Part shown: positions 27,437-37,155 of the stretch, one piece after another
Layout: each line of letters starts with the position of its first letter
Position numbering within the stretch: position 1 is the first letter of the stretch
Assembly: GCA_022842645.1 (NCBI GenBank)
Contig: JALHPE010000002.1
Span: forward strand, 1,322-65,321
DNA length: 64,000 nt
DNA from: Minisyncoccota bacterium
GTDB taxonomy: Bacteria; Patescibacteriota; Minisyncoccia; Phycocordibacterales; UBA2100
Direction: 5' to 3'
Notes under the pieces: generated by a model
What the model saw: the letters and a program-made list of their open reading frames with translations, nothing else
The model's database searches: none
Told to the model about the DNA's origin: nothing
Position numbers and translations under genes: made by a program

Positions 27437-28849
27437 CTATAGTCGGAAAATTCTTTGGAGGGCAGGCAAGAGACCGCGAGGGCGACTCAGTGTTTCCGGG
27501 ACATCAAATAATGAACGCTCCACATGTTCTCCTCTCACATGGCGAGTAATCTTCGTTGCGCCATAAATAGAAGGCAAGATGCCGATGCCGTTGCAGCCGA
27601 GGTTATAGAGCAAGATAGGGTTTTGCGGCTCCGGCCCCACAAGGCGCACCCCGTTGCGTGTGTAGCCCATGAGCCCGTGCCAGGTGAATTTATATTCAAT
27701 AGTTTTATTCGGGTCGGTGTCGTACGTTCGCTTCACAAAGGTATCAATATCTCGCATGTGCTCCTCTGGATAGAGCGCCTCCCGATCGTAGGAGGTCGTA
27801 TCCTCAAGAAAAAATTCAGGACCACCGATGGAGATCAGGTTGTGGTGCACGCCCTTCTCGAATTCATACGGGCGTCGCGTCAGATAGTAATACGCATTTT
27901 TAGGGTCTGTTCCTGGGTCAGTGTGATAACTAATCGCGACAGGCGACTTGCCGAGTTTTTCTAGATAGCCCGACATGTAGCCGGTAACACCGCTCACGAG
28001 ATAGTGATAGCGCGCGTCTATAGCGAGGCCATTTTTATCAATGATATGAAGATCTTCAAAGCCGTTGGTGCAGAGCACCACGTGCTCGGCGCGTACGGTG
28101 TGTGTTTCCACGTCGAGCATTGCTCTTGTTTCGCTCAGAATAATTTTATGTACCGGCGCATGTTCAAAGAGCGTGAAGCGGTCTGGATATCGCTCAAGAA
28201 GAAAACTAATAATCCGTTCGCAGAAGAGTGCGCTATTGATAACGCCTTTCGGGTATTGATGCACAGAAACAAAATCCGTGCGATCGGTTTCGAGAAGCTC
28301 TTGTATTTTTGCTGCGGGTACGAGAGAAAAAAGTCCGACGTAGTGGCGTGGTATTTTTCTGACAAACGGCGCGTCTTCACTCACGTAGATCGACTCAATT
28401 TCAAGCCCACCCTCGAGGCGCATATGATTGTGTTCGAGCCGCAGGAGTGTCTGTGCTTCACTCGTAAAGCCTGAGAACCCCTCGCATTTGTAGTAGGGGA
28501 TGTCGAGCTTGGCGTCGTAGTACATCGCGTCGAGCGTGTCCCATGCGCTTTCAATCGCTTTCTGGCCTGCGATTGTGAGTTCACTCCCAAATTTCTCTGC
28601 AAGGTTTTTGAGCCCTCGTTCAAAATGAGCAACTACCTGCCCGGCGTTGTGTCCCGTCGCCCCATGGGCCAGCCGATGCCGCTCAAGCAGGACTACGTTC
28701 TTTTGGGTGCCCTGGAGAAGGTGGTAAGCCGTTGCAACCCCGGCAATACCCCCGCCTACAATCACAACCTGGGTCTCCAAATCTTCGGAAAGGCGATTTC
28801 GGGGGCGTTCGGGCAGTTGCCGGAGCCAGGGAGAGGTATTTTTAAGCAT
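27437..28849 (-). CDS. FAD-dependent oxidoreductase (DAO/glycine-oxidase-like family)
   Basis: VVIVGGGIAGVATAYHL dinucleotide-binding motif, 470 aa. Confidence 0.65.
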   Translation of the reverse strand: MLKNTSPWLRQLPERPRNRLSEDLETQVVIVGGGIAGVATAYHLLQGTQKNVVLLERHRLAHGATGHNAGQVVAHFERGLKNLAEKFGSELTIAGQKAIESAWDTLDAMYYDAKLDIPYYKCEGFSGFTSEAQTLLRLEHNHMRLEGGLEIESIYVSEDAPFVRKIPRHYVGLFSLVPAAKIQELLETDRTDFVSVHQYPKGVINSALFCERIISFLLERYPDRFTLFEHAPVHKIILSETRAMLDVETHTVRAEHVVLCTNGFEDLHIIDKNGLAIDARYHYLVSGVTGYMSGYLEKLGKSPVAISYHTDPGTDPKNAYYYLTRRPYEFEKGVHHNLISIGGPEFFLEDTTSYDREALYPEEHMRDIDTFVKRTYDTDPNKTIEYKFTWHGLMGYTRNGVRLVGPEPQNPILLYNLGCNGIGILPSIYGATKITRHVRGEHVERSLFDVPETLSRPRGLLPALQRIFRL

Positions 28850-28893
28850 CGATACTCATTATAACCGACTAATATTGCACCACTCTCGATTGC

Positions 28894-28922
28894 TTGACAG
28901 GGGGGTCAAAATATGCTAAATT
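28894..28922 (+). promoter_or_regulatory. Sigma-70-like promoter (TTGACA-17 nt-TAAATT with TGn)
   Basis: TTGACAggggggtcaaaatatgcTAAATT lies 35 nt upstream of the 28957 ATG. Confidence 0.35.
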
Positions 28923-28956
28923 TGGCTCTATATAAGGATATTTTCCTTATTTACAC

Positions 28957-29556
28957 ATGAGTATTGCTATGACAGCCCTAACGGGCTTTTTTGTTTGGTC
29001 GAGCGTCGCGTCGTCTTCGGTCTTAACCAGCCCGCCGGCACCAATGGCTCTCCCCGAACCGGTCGCCCCGCTTACGGCGGCACCTTCCAAAAGCATCCCT
29101 GTCCGCGTGACGGGCTATAACGCCGTTCCCGAGCAAACCGACAGCGACCCCTTCATAACCGCCTCAGGTGCCTTCTCTAACCCCGAGGTGGTGGCGGCTG
29201 TTTCGCGCGATCTGCGCGGCGCACTTCCGTTTGGAACCGTGATTGCCCTTGAGGCGTCAGATAATCTCACCGGGCAGTATTGTGGCTGGGAGCTCGTTGA
29301 GCATTTCGTTGGCTATCGTGTGATCGCCGACACCATGAACGCACGGCACGTAGAGCGTGTGGACATCCTCTTTGCAGAAGACGCCATGGTGAACGTGCGG
29401 GTGGATGGAACCGTGAAGAACGTTAATGCGGCGCGAGCGCTTGCAAGCTGTGGCGGCATCAAAGCGCGCGTCGTTGGTAAAATTGATATCAAAGACATTC
29501 CTGATACGCAGGCAGAACTCGCGATGCGCGTGCAAGAAACACTTGCGGCGAAGTAG
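28957..29556 (+). CDS. 3D-domain protein (MltA/YuiC-like cell-wall-binding)
   Basis: VRVTGYNAVPEQTDSDPFITASG...LPFGTVIA. Confidence 0.5.
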   Translation: MSIAMTALTGFFVWSSVASSSVLTSPPAPMALPEPVAPLTAAPSKSIPVRVTGYNAVPEQTDSDPFITASGAFSNPEVVAAVSRDLRGALPFGTVIALEASDNLTGQYCGWELVEHFVGYRVIADTMNARHVERVDILFAEDAMVNVRVDGTVKNVNAARALASCGGIKARVVGKIDIKDIPDTQAELAMRVQETLAAK

Positions 29557-29557
29557 G

Positions 29558-29944
29558 TTAGCGACGAACTACCACCTTAAACCCACCGTACGCCATTTTT
29601 GTTGGATCCATAGGCACAGGGACGCCCTCCCATTTCTTAGCTTCCTTGTTCATCTGTTCCATCACTTTCTTATTCACCGCGTCGCGGTGTTTTTTGTTTT
29701 TGTAGACGATAAATGAAAACCACACCGTGTCGCCCGGCTTCGCATCTGCGGTTTCCACAAACGAGCGCGCGGTCATGCCGGAGGGATCTGGCTTAATCTT
29801 CAAATCGTCACCCTGACATTCGTAATAAGCGAGCGCGCCATATTTCATCCACGTGCGCGCTCCCCACGCGGCCATTTTCTTGTAAGCAGCGACTTTGTTT
29901 TTAGCGATAGGGAACACGAATCCATCAATGTATGAGCCTTTCAT
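29558..29944 (-). CDS. DUF1428-family protein
   Basis: MKGSYIDGFVFPIAKNKVAAYKKMAA...YYECQGDD resembles the DUF1428 N-terminus. Confidence 0.5.
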   Translation of the reverse strand: MKGSYIDGFVFPIAKNKVAAYKKMAAWGARTWMKYGALAYYECQGDDLKIKPDPSGMTARSFVETADAKPGDTVWFSFIVYKNKKHRDAVNKKVMEQMNKEAKKWEGVPVPMDPTKMAYGGFKVVVRR

Positions 29945-30162
29945 ATAAATAGAAATTAGATTATAGATAATAGACGCTGGATAACGCCCTACGCTATGAA
30001 TGATAGACCACTCTTCTTGGGTGCGCGAGTAAGATTGCTGAAAAACTCACTACTTAAAGTCTTTTCTTATACCCAGGCCAGCATTTTAGGCACACAGGGG
30101 AGTCGCTGCTTTTATAAAACACATGCCCGCGGCTACAGGTCTTCCGAATACTTTTTCGATTC

Positions 30163-30585
30163 TTAGCGACCATATTTCTTTTTCATTGCTTTGTATCCTC
30201 GTTCAACGATGGTCTGGAGCGTCGGGAGATGAACATCAGAAAGTCGCTTGATGTAAAGACATGAGCCGCCGTGTTTGTGCTTCCCAAGTTTTTTCAAAAG
30301 TGCGCCGTAGTCTTTAAAGCCCGGCATGATATACACCGTGAGATTGCTTTTGCGAGGAGAGAATGCGGTGAGTGGCCAATCGCCCTTTTGTGCGCTCCGA
30401 TCCGATTCGTAGTGATATTCACCGAAACCAACCATGTTGTTGTTCCACAGCACCGGCTTTTCCCCCGTCGCCTTTTTCATGAGCGCAAGAAGCCCTTTCG
30501 CATCCGCGCGCTGCTTTGCATCAGGAATTGCTGCGATAAATTTCACGACACTCTCTTTGGTTTTCTTGGTTTTAATTTCTGCCAT
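30163..30585 (-). CDS. DUF1801 (YdhG-like) domain protein
   Basis: VVKFIAAIPDAKQRADAKGLLALMKKATGEKPVLW pattern. Confidence 0.45.
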   Translation of the reverse strand: MAEIKTKKTKESVVKFIAAIPDAKQRADAKGLLALMKKATGEKPVLWNNNMVGFGEYHYESDRSAQKGDWPLTAFSPRKSNLTVYIMPGFKDYGALLKKLGKHKHGGSCLYIKRLSDVHLPTLQTIVERGYKAMKKKYGR

Positions 30586-30686
30586 AGTTAGGATGCAGCT
30601 TCTTCACAATTCATGTCAAACCAGAGGCAAGGAGTTATTTTTTGCATGGGTTTATTCTAACATTCAGTGTGGTTATAATCGTGGTA

Positions 30687-31102
30687 TGGAACGTGAAAAG
30701 AAGCCGTCGACACCTCGAGTCCAAGGAAGTGGTTTCGAGACAGCGGAAACGATCTCAACTGAATTTCCAGGGCTTAATGTTGAGGCTGTGCGGCAATCTA
30801 TTGCGTTTTTACTCGCACAAGTATCAAAAAGTGGCTATACGGGTATCGAGGAAGAAATTGAGTTTGATAAGCATGGTCTTCCTGAGGGAACGTACAGATT
30901 GGATAGCATCATGAACATACTCGACCTACGAACAAAGAATGACATTGAACGATTTGTGCAGAGTGTTGGGGATGGTGAGAATTTCGACGTGTATTTCGTG
31001 TTTAATCCGGAAACCAAGCGTGCGCGTCTTGGCTGTACGCTCAAAAAGCATGCATTGGTGCCGAATCTGTACACATTCGAATCACGTATTAAGGAGAAAT
31101 AA
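30687..31102 (+). CDS. Hypothetical protein
   Basis: Start set at MEREKK. No recognised domain. Confidence 0.35.
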
Positions 31103-31131
31103 TCATGAACCATGGCCACATAGCGCCACAA

Positions 31132-31165
31132 AAAACACAAACCCCCTTGCGGGGGTTTGTGTTTT
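31132..31165. terminator. Bidirectional rho-independent terminator
   Basis: AAAACACAAACCCCC-ttgc-GGGGGTTTGTGTTTT. Confidence 0.65.
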
Positions 31166-31180
31166 GCTACCAGGCGCAGA

Positions 31181-31381
31181 TTACGCGCGGCTGATTTTGA
31201 CGGCGTTCAAACCCTTTGGGCTCTCAGCGACCTCAAACGTCATGACATCACCTTCGCGGAGTTCGTCGAACGAAACGCCGACGAGTTCGGTGGAGTGGAA
31301 AAAGAGATCCTTTTCCTCGCCATCGCGCTTGATGAAGCCGAAGCCCTTATCAGTGATACGGGCAATTGTTCCTTTTTGCAT
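31181..31381 (-). CDS. cspA: Cold-shock protein (CspA family)
   Basis: KGFGFI and FFH RNP motifs, 66 aa. Confidence 0.9.
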   Translation of the reverse strand: MQKGTIARITDKGFGFIKRDGEEKDLFFHSTELVGVSFDELREGDVMTFEVAESPKGLNAVKISRA

Positions 31382-31690
31382 ATGCAGAAGAATTTCGGTT
31401 TGGTTAAATCAAGACAGCCTGCTGGAGTTGTAGTTCGATCCCTGCTTCTCTGGATCAGCTCTGAATTTGATAGTGTGAAGATAGCACGTCGAACACGCTG
31501 TGTCAATCGTTTTTTCCCTGAAAAACAAAGAAAGCATGCTACACTCAGAAGCGAGTCGAGTCCCTTGGTTTCGGCTGACTTTTCCCAAGTATCCGCTCGG
31601 GTTCTGCCGAAGAAATTTACACTCTTCCTGCACACTGCCGCCTCCGGGCGGTTTTGTGCGTGTGGCACGCCGTGTCTTTTGTTCTCCTCG

Positions 31691-32315
31691 TCAATCTTGT
31701 ATGGGTACGAGTATTTCGTTGCGAATCAGGAGCGGAAATGTCCACGGTGCGTTATATCCCGCAAAGCGCGCTTCGCCGAGAATACCCACACCATCCTTGC
31801 GTAAGATGTTCAGAAAATGCTCTTTGCGTTCTTCAACGCGACTTCCGCGAAACCAACCGCCAAAAGTATAGGCCGCAACGCGCTCGCTCGGTAACTCTCG
31901 GACAGTAATGCGAGGGTCATTTGGTTTGGGGAGAGTATCGCGCGTATATTTCTGAGGAACCACAAACTGCACCGTCCAGAGCCCCTCTTTTTCTTCGACA
32001 ACCACGGGCGCCGTCATAGCAATCTTTTCTCCACGACTTTTTTGTTGAATCACGGGCGCCGTCATTGCAATAGATTCTTGGGCGGTATTATTACCAAAAA
32101 TAAACGAAGCAAGAATAGAGAATCCTTCATTGATCGCAGAATCAAAATCGCTCTGTACTGTCGTCTCGATCACGAGGTGTGGGGCGTAGCGGCGTATTTC
32201 GTAACTTCCTTTTCGCTCGAGCACTTCGTATGGAGCTTGTTCAACGTTGTTTGAAAAAAAACTCCAGGCAAGCCAGAAGGCAAGCACAGCTACTACCACC
32301 CCAATAGATACGTAC
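31691..32315 (-). CDS. SOUL/HBP heme-binding family protein with internal tandem duplication
   Basis: YEVLERKGSYEIRRY. The IAMTAPV motif is present twice (ESIAMTAPVIQQKSRGEKIAMTAPVVVEE). Confidence 0.55.
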
Positions 32316-32368
32316 ATGTTCACGTGTTGAATTGTAGCATCATCCAGAAAGATGATAGAATTGATCCT

Positions 32369-32779
32369 ATGACTCTCATGCAATATGTACTCACATATCT
32401 CATCTCAGTACCCGTCTTTTTTGCGATCGACATGGTCTGGCTTGGGTATGTTGCGTCTTCTTTTTATCGCGAGCAGATAGGACATCTTCTTGGTCCGATA
32501 AACTGGCCTGTCGCAATCGCTTTTTATTTCATCTTCCTCGTTGGTCTTCTCATTTTCGCCATTGGTCCCGCTTTGCAAGGCAAAGGCCTTGGCCATGCAA
32601 TTCTTTTTGGTGCACTCTTCGGCTTTTTCACCTACGCTACGTACGACCTCACTAACTGGGCAACGCTTCGCGATTGGCCTGCACTCGTTGTATTTGTCGA
32701 TCTCGTGTGGGGGACGGTGCTTTCAGCAACTGTTGCAGGTGTGACATTCTGGCTTGCAAGCATGTTTCTGATTCGGTAA
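32369..32779 (+). CDS. DUF2177-like small membrane protein
   Basis: Four TM helices. Family assignment is tentative. Confidence 0.35.
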   Translation: MTLMQYVLTYLISVPVFFAIDMVWLGYVASSFYREQIGHLLGPINWPVAIAFYFIFLVGLLIFAIGPALQGKGLGHAILFGALFGFFTYATYDLTNWATLRDWPALVVFVDLVWGTVLSATVAGVTFWLASMFLIR

Positions 32780-32782
32780 CAC

Positions 32783-33553
32783 ATGACAACGCTTCTTTTC
32801 TCACTTGGCGTACTCACGTTTTTCATGAGTGCTCTTTTTATCATTTCAATTGCGAGGAGAAACAACGATACTGCAGACATCGGCTACGGAGTTGCGTTTA
32901 TGGTCGTCATCGCGACCACATTTATTTTGAAAGGCGCGCAAGGCTGGACACTTTTAATCGCGCTTCTACCATTTATCTGGGGCACCCGTCTCGCGTATCG
33001 AATCTATAAAAAGAATCGCGGCAAGCCCGAGGACTTTCGGTACAAAACCTGGCGAGAAACGTGGGGAAAGACATTCGTCATTCGCAGTTTCTTTCAGATT
33101 TATATGCTCCAGGGTGCAATCGTCTTTCTGGTCGCGCTCCCCGTCCTTCTTGCAATCGTATTTCCGCGCGAACCCTTGACAGGACTTGTGCTTCTAGGAT
33201 TTTTTGTATGGTGTGTTGGGTTTTTCTTCGAGGCGCGCGGTGATTACGAACTCGACCGCTTTCTCGCGAATCCGGAAAACAAAGGAAAAATTATGACGGA
33301 GGGTTTGTGGCACTATACGCGCCACCCTAATTACTTTGGCGAGAGCGCTATGTGGTGGGGGCTCGCAATTATGTGTTTTGGGCTCTCGAGTCTCGCGACG
33401 TGGGGACTTATAAGTCCACTCCTCATCACCTATCTTCTTCTCTATGTGTCTGGTGTCCCCATGCTTGAAAAGCGCTGGGAGGGAAATCCAGAGTGGGAAG
33501 CCTACAAAGCCCGCACCTCTGTTTTTCTGCCTCTTTTGCCGAAAAAAAGCTAG
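32783..33553 (+). CDS. DUF1295 / ICMT-like membrane methyltransferase-fold protein
   Basis: RHPNYFGE motif. Confidence 0.55.
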   Translation: MTTLLFSLGVLTFFMSALFIISIARRNNDTADIGYGVAFMVVIATTFILKGAQGWTLLIALLPFIWGTRLAYRIYKKNRGKPEDFRYKTWRETWGKTFVIRSFFQIYMLQGAIVFLVALPVLLAIVFPREPLTGLVLLGFFVWCVGFFFEARGDYELDRFLANPENKGKIMTEGLWHYTRHPNYFGESAMWWGLAIMCFGLSSLATWGLISPLLITYLLLYVSGVPMLEKRWEGNPEWEAYKARTSVFLPLLPKKS

Positions 33554-33571
33554 CGCGTGCGAAATAAAAAA

Positions 33572-33605
33572 GTGCGAGACCCCTTGCTGGGGCCTCACAC
33601 TTTTT
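33572..33605. terminator. Bidirectional terminator hairpin
   Basis: GTGCGAGACCCC-ttgc-TGGGGCCTCACAC followed by TTTTT. Confidence 0.55.
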
Positions 33606-33751
33606 CTATGTTAAAAATTTAACGGCGCTTCGCGCGCTTGCTCTTCTTTGCAGAGAGCATCGCAGCCTTCGTCGCAAGACGTTTTGCGGTCTTGCGCGAG
33701 CGCGACTTCTTGCGCTGTATCGGCGAAATTCTTCCTTGGCTCATGCGCCCA

Positions 33752-34177
33752 TTATACACGGTTTCTGCGCATACGCACGCACTTTACGCAGCGACACCCC
33801 TTAGGTTTGATGTGCTTATCAAAATACTCTTTGCCGTAGTTGTAGGAGAGTTCTTCGCCGGCGCGAATGGTTCGTAGCGCGACGATAAAAATACGCCCGG
33901 GCGGACCATCAGCCTCGCAGTTGGGAGCGCACGAGTGATTAATAAACCGCGCCTTATTGGAGGGAATGTTCCCATTTATCATAGTTGTCTTTCCCGTCCA
34001 GAAAAGATATTTTCCATCGTCCCGCGCCATCTCCTCCAAAGTTGCCGGTCGTCCGGTGTATTCAATGATGCACGCACCTTTCGGTATCGTCTCCTCAGCA
34101 AAAAGCCCGCGCCCCGTAGCGGATTTCCGCACGCGAAGTTTGAAAGTGTCTGGAGCGAAGCGAGATTGTTTTCTCAT
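33752..34177 (-). CDS. SET-domain protein (lysine methyltransferase fold)
   Basis: FINHSCAPNC (NHSC), ELSYNYG and post-SET CRCVKC. Confidence 0.7.
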   Translation of the reverse strand: MRKQSRFAPDTFKLRVRKSATGRGLFAEETIPKGACIIEYTGRPATLEEMARDDGKYLFWTGKTTMINGNIPSNKARFINHSCAPNCEADGPPGRIFIVALRTIRAGEELSYNYGKEYFDKHIKPKGCRCVKCVRMRRNRV

Positions 34178-34184
34178 GCGAGAC

Positions 34185-34769
34185 CTACCGCACGAGGTGG
34201 CGCGGCACGAGCCACATCACCGCGACGAGGGCGAAGATGATATACGAAATGATGGGACTTACAAATGCGGCTCCTATCGCGAGCACATAGAGCGCAATAG
34301 ATGCTTTGCCTTTAAAATCATTCTCAAATTTAAAATCACGTGTCACCTGAGAATCTTCTTCATGCTGCGCGACGATGTGTGCCTGCAAAATGCTGTAGGC
34401 AAATGCCGCAGCGAGAAGCATGAATCCATAGAGAAGCACAGGCGCGAACGCACCGTGACTCTCGCCGAGCCATGCTGTCGCGAAAGGTATGAGTGAGAGC
34501 CAGAACAAAAGGTGTGCATTTGCCCACATGATGCCGGGCGTTGGTGTACGCATCGCACGCAGAAGATGGTGGTGATTGTTCCAATAGATAAGGAGATACA
34601 TAAAGCTGAGAACATAGCTCAAGAAAATGGGGAACACAGCAAGGAGATCAGCAAAATAGTGTCCAGTTGGAGGACGGAGCTCGAGCACCATAATGGTTAT
34701 GATGATCGCAAACACTGCGTCGCTAAAAAGTTCGAGACGAGGTGGGATAAAAGATTGTTCTTTTTGCAT
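34185..34769 (-). CDS. TMEM175/DUF1211-family K+ channel-like membrane protein
   Basis: RLELFSDAVFAIIITIMVLEL signature helix. Confidence 0.6.
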   Translation of the reverse strand: MQKEQSFIPPRLELFSDAVFAIIITIMVLELRPPTGHYFADLLAVFPIFLSYVLSFMYLLIYWNNHHHLLRAMRTPTPGIMWANAHLLFWLSLIPFATAWLGESHGAFAPVLLYGFMLLAAAFAYSILQAHIVAQHEEDSQVTRDFKFENDFKGKASIALYVLAIGAAFVSPIISYIIFALVAVMWLVPRHLVR

Positions 34770-34870
34770 GACGCGAGTATAGCACTTAGGTTCCAGAGTT
34801 CTGCACGCGCTCCTAGTGGCGTGGCACAAAAAGATGGGTATACTTTCAGCATATGGTCGCTACAGGAGAC

Positions 34871-35263
34871 ATGAAATACACCGTTCTCATTATCGAAGAC
34901 GACGAGACACTGCGCTCGGTAAGTGCAGAAAAACTTACACAAGAGGGGTTTGTAGTCTCTCAATCAGCAGACGGTGCGAAGGGACTTGCCTTGGCGCTCG
35001 AAACACACCCCGACCTCATCATTCTCGATAACCGTATGCCGAATATGTCGGGCTATCAGATGTTGAAGACACTCCGCGCGAGCGGGGATTGGGGCGCGCG
35101 CGTCCGCGTTATTTTCTTCACCAACATCGCACCTGAGGATGAATCCGCAGCGGCGGACATCGAAGCTATTGCACCCCAGCGCTATTTGATGAAAAGCGAG
35201 GTGAGCTTGGAGGAACTCGCTAGAATTGTGAAGGAACAGCTCGGGATTACTGCTCAGGGCTAA
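34871..35263 (+). CDS. Single-domain response regulator (CheY-like receiver)
   Basis: VLIIEDD, phospho-acceptor Asp in IILDNRMP, and K in the FFTNIAP region. Confidence 0.7.
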   Translation: MKYTVLIIEDDETLRSVSAEKLTQEGFVVSQSADGAKGLALALETHPDLIILDNRMPNMSGYQMLKTLRASGDWGARVRVIFFTNIAPEDESAAADIEAIAPQRYLMKSEVSLEELARIVKEQLGITAQG

Positions 35264-35266
35264 TCT

Positions 35267-35488
35267 ATGCACACGTTGCCTGGGGATTTGCGAGCGGCGC
35301 TCTTACAGGCGCCGCGCGCCAAAGCCACTTGGGACAAAACCACGCCCCTCGCCAAAAACGATTGGATTTGTTGGGTAATCTCCGGGAAAAAAGCAGAAAC
35401 CCGCGGCATTCGCATTCAGAAAGCCATTTCCAAACTTTCCGGCGGCATGCGCCGCCCCTGCTGCTGGACAGGCTGCCCGCATCGCTAA
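35267..35488 (+). CDS. YdeI/OmpD-associated (OmdA) family protein
   Basis: LPGDLRAALLQAPRAKATWDKTTPLAKNDWICWVISGKKAETRGIRIQKAI. Confidence 0.45.
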   Translation: MHTLPGDLRAALLQAPRAKATWDKTTPLAKNDWICWVISGKKAETRGIRIQKAISKLSGGMRRPCCWTGCPHR

Positions 35489-35515
35489 AGGAGGAGTGGG
35501 CGGGAGTGATAAAAA

Positions 35516-36388
35516 ATGTATACTGCCTTCGTGGAGAAGCACATCATCATTCTTTTCTATAAATTCGTACGGATTGAGAATCCGGCGGCATTCCGCGAGG
35601 AGCAGATTGCGCTCTGTAAAAGGCTTGGGCTCAAGGGGCGTATGCTTATCGCGCACGAAGGGGTGAATGGCACCTTCGAGGGCACCGAGGGAGCGATTGA
35701 ATCTTACAAACAAACGCTCCGGAGCGACGCGCGCTTCCGCGACCTTGTTTTCAAGGAATCCGAGGGCACGGGAAGTGCTTTTCCCCAGCTTCGCATCAAG
35801 GTGCGCAAAGAGGTGGTAACGCTCGGCGCAGGGGAGTTTGATGTACAAAAAGAAACTGCGCGAGAAGTCACTGCCGAAGAATTGGAGGCAATGTACGCGA
35901 GGAACGACGACTTCGTTGTTCTCGACCTGCGCAATGATTTTGAAATTGAGGCAGGGCAGTTTGAACGCACTGTCGACCCAAAGCTCCGCTTCTTCCGCGA
36001 TCTTCCGCAGAAACTCGATTCAATCGCCCATTTGAAGCAGAAGAAAGTGGTCGCTGTCTGCACTGGTGGCATTCGCTGCGAAAAGGCAACATGTCTTCTC
36101 CAGAAAGAGGGTTTTGAAAATCTCTATCAATTGAAAGACGGTATTCACACCTACATGCAAAAATTCCCAGGGAAGCGCTTCAAAGGAACGCTCTATGTCT
36201 TCGATAATCGCCAAGTGAGCGAGATCGTCGAAACTCCCGGGCGCGAAGTCATCTCTCGCTGCGCCTTTTGCGAAACTCTCACGGAAGATTTCTACAGCGA
36301 CGACAGCGTCCACCCCTCCCGCAAAGTCATCTGCTGTGACGAGTGTATCGAAACCCACGCGGAACTGCGAAGCTGCGTGAATGCGTGA
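35516..36388 (+). CDS. trhO: tRNA uridine(34) hydroxylase, rhodanese-like (TrhO/YceA, UPF0176)
   Basis: ILFYKFVRIENP...LGLKGRMLIAHEGVNGT and rhodanese Cys in CTGGIRCEKA. Confidence 0.65.
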   Translation: MYTAFVEKHIIILFYKFVRIENPAAFREEQIALCKRLGLKGRMLIAHEGVNGTFEGTEGAIESYKQTLRSDARFRDLVFKESEGTGSAFPQLRIKVRKEVVTLGAGEFDVQKETAREVTAEELEAMYARNDDFVVLDLRNDFEIEAGQFERTVDPKLRFFRDLPQKLDSIAHLKQKKVVAVCTGGIRCEKATCLLQKEGFENLYQLKDGIHTYMQKFPGKRFKGTLYVFDNRQVSEIVETPGREVISRCAFCETLTEDFYSDDSVHPSRKVICCDECIETHAELRSCVNA

Positions 36389-36486
36389 GATCGCGCAAGT
36401 TTCCGCACTAGTTAAACCTCTGTCTGTATTTGACGTCCCACACCCGCGGGCGTTTAATAGCGGAAGTCACAATCGGAGAAAGTGTC

Positions 36487-36747
36487 ATGAGAGATATGCA
36501 GTTGCTCTTGCAAGGATATGGCCTTACAACAGCCGAAATTCTTTATGGCATTCCAGATTATCCGGCGATTCTGCAATCGTACACCTGGCAGGACTATGAC
36601 CTCGCGCCACAGTTTCCAAAACTGCGGGGGTTCCTGAATTTCTGGCAACACAATCTCGACGGCCCGCTTTTTCAGGTCATCGTCGCCCACCGTACGCTCA
36701 TTCGCCCGGCCGAGATCCGTCTGGTTTGCGAGACGAAATTGCACTAA
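36487..36747 (+). CDS. Usg-family protein
   Basis: GYGLTTAEILY..PDYP..LQSYTWQDYDLAPQFP. Confidence 0.5.
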   Translation: MRDMQLLLQGYGLTTAEILYGIPDYPAILQSYTWQDYDLAPQFPKLRGFLNFWQHNLDGPLFQVIVAHRTLIRPAEIRLVCETKLH

Positions 36748-36750
36748 ATA

Positions 36751-36778
36751 GGCGCCCGTTCCCGAAGGAACGGGCGCC
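36751..36778 (+). terminator. Perfect 12-bp-stem palindrome immediately after the usg-like stop
   Basis: GGCGCCCGTTCC-cgaa-GGAACGGGCGCC, with no T-run. Confidence 0.45.
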
Positions 36779-36912
36779 TCCTCGTCTCTCCCTTTACGAC
36801 ATCCATGGATGCATATTTTCAACAGGCCCAGTCGCACAGACTTTTAGTGGGCGTATACTACTCTTAGTAGTGCTTTGTGCATCATTGATTACTCATCGAG
36901 CGATCGCAAGCT

Positions 36913-37155
36913 ATGAAAAAAGAATTTACTCAGGAGGAGGCAAAAAATATTGGGAATACGCTCGGCGTCAATTGGGATGCGGTCGATCTCGAGCAATTCC
37001 GCTTAGGACTCGCAGTTGAGTTGGAGCACGGCGCGCATGATCCGGAGACCAACGTCACTAACGATGATCTCCTCATGACCGGAAAAATCGCCTGGGCTCA
37101 TCTGAAAGAAGTTCCCGATTACTACACAAAATTACAAGCAGTAGAAAACGAATGA
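36913..37155 (+). CDS. Hypothetical protein with ELEHG / PDYY motifs
   Basis: 80-aa ORF. Conserved-looking LAVELEHG and LKEVPDYYTKL. Confidence 0.4.
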   Translation: MKKEFTQEEAKNIGNTLGVNWDAVDLEQFRLGLAVELEHGAHDPETNVTNDDLLMTGKIAWAHLKEVPDYYTKLQAVENE

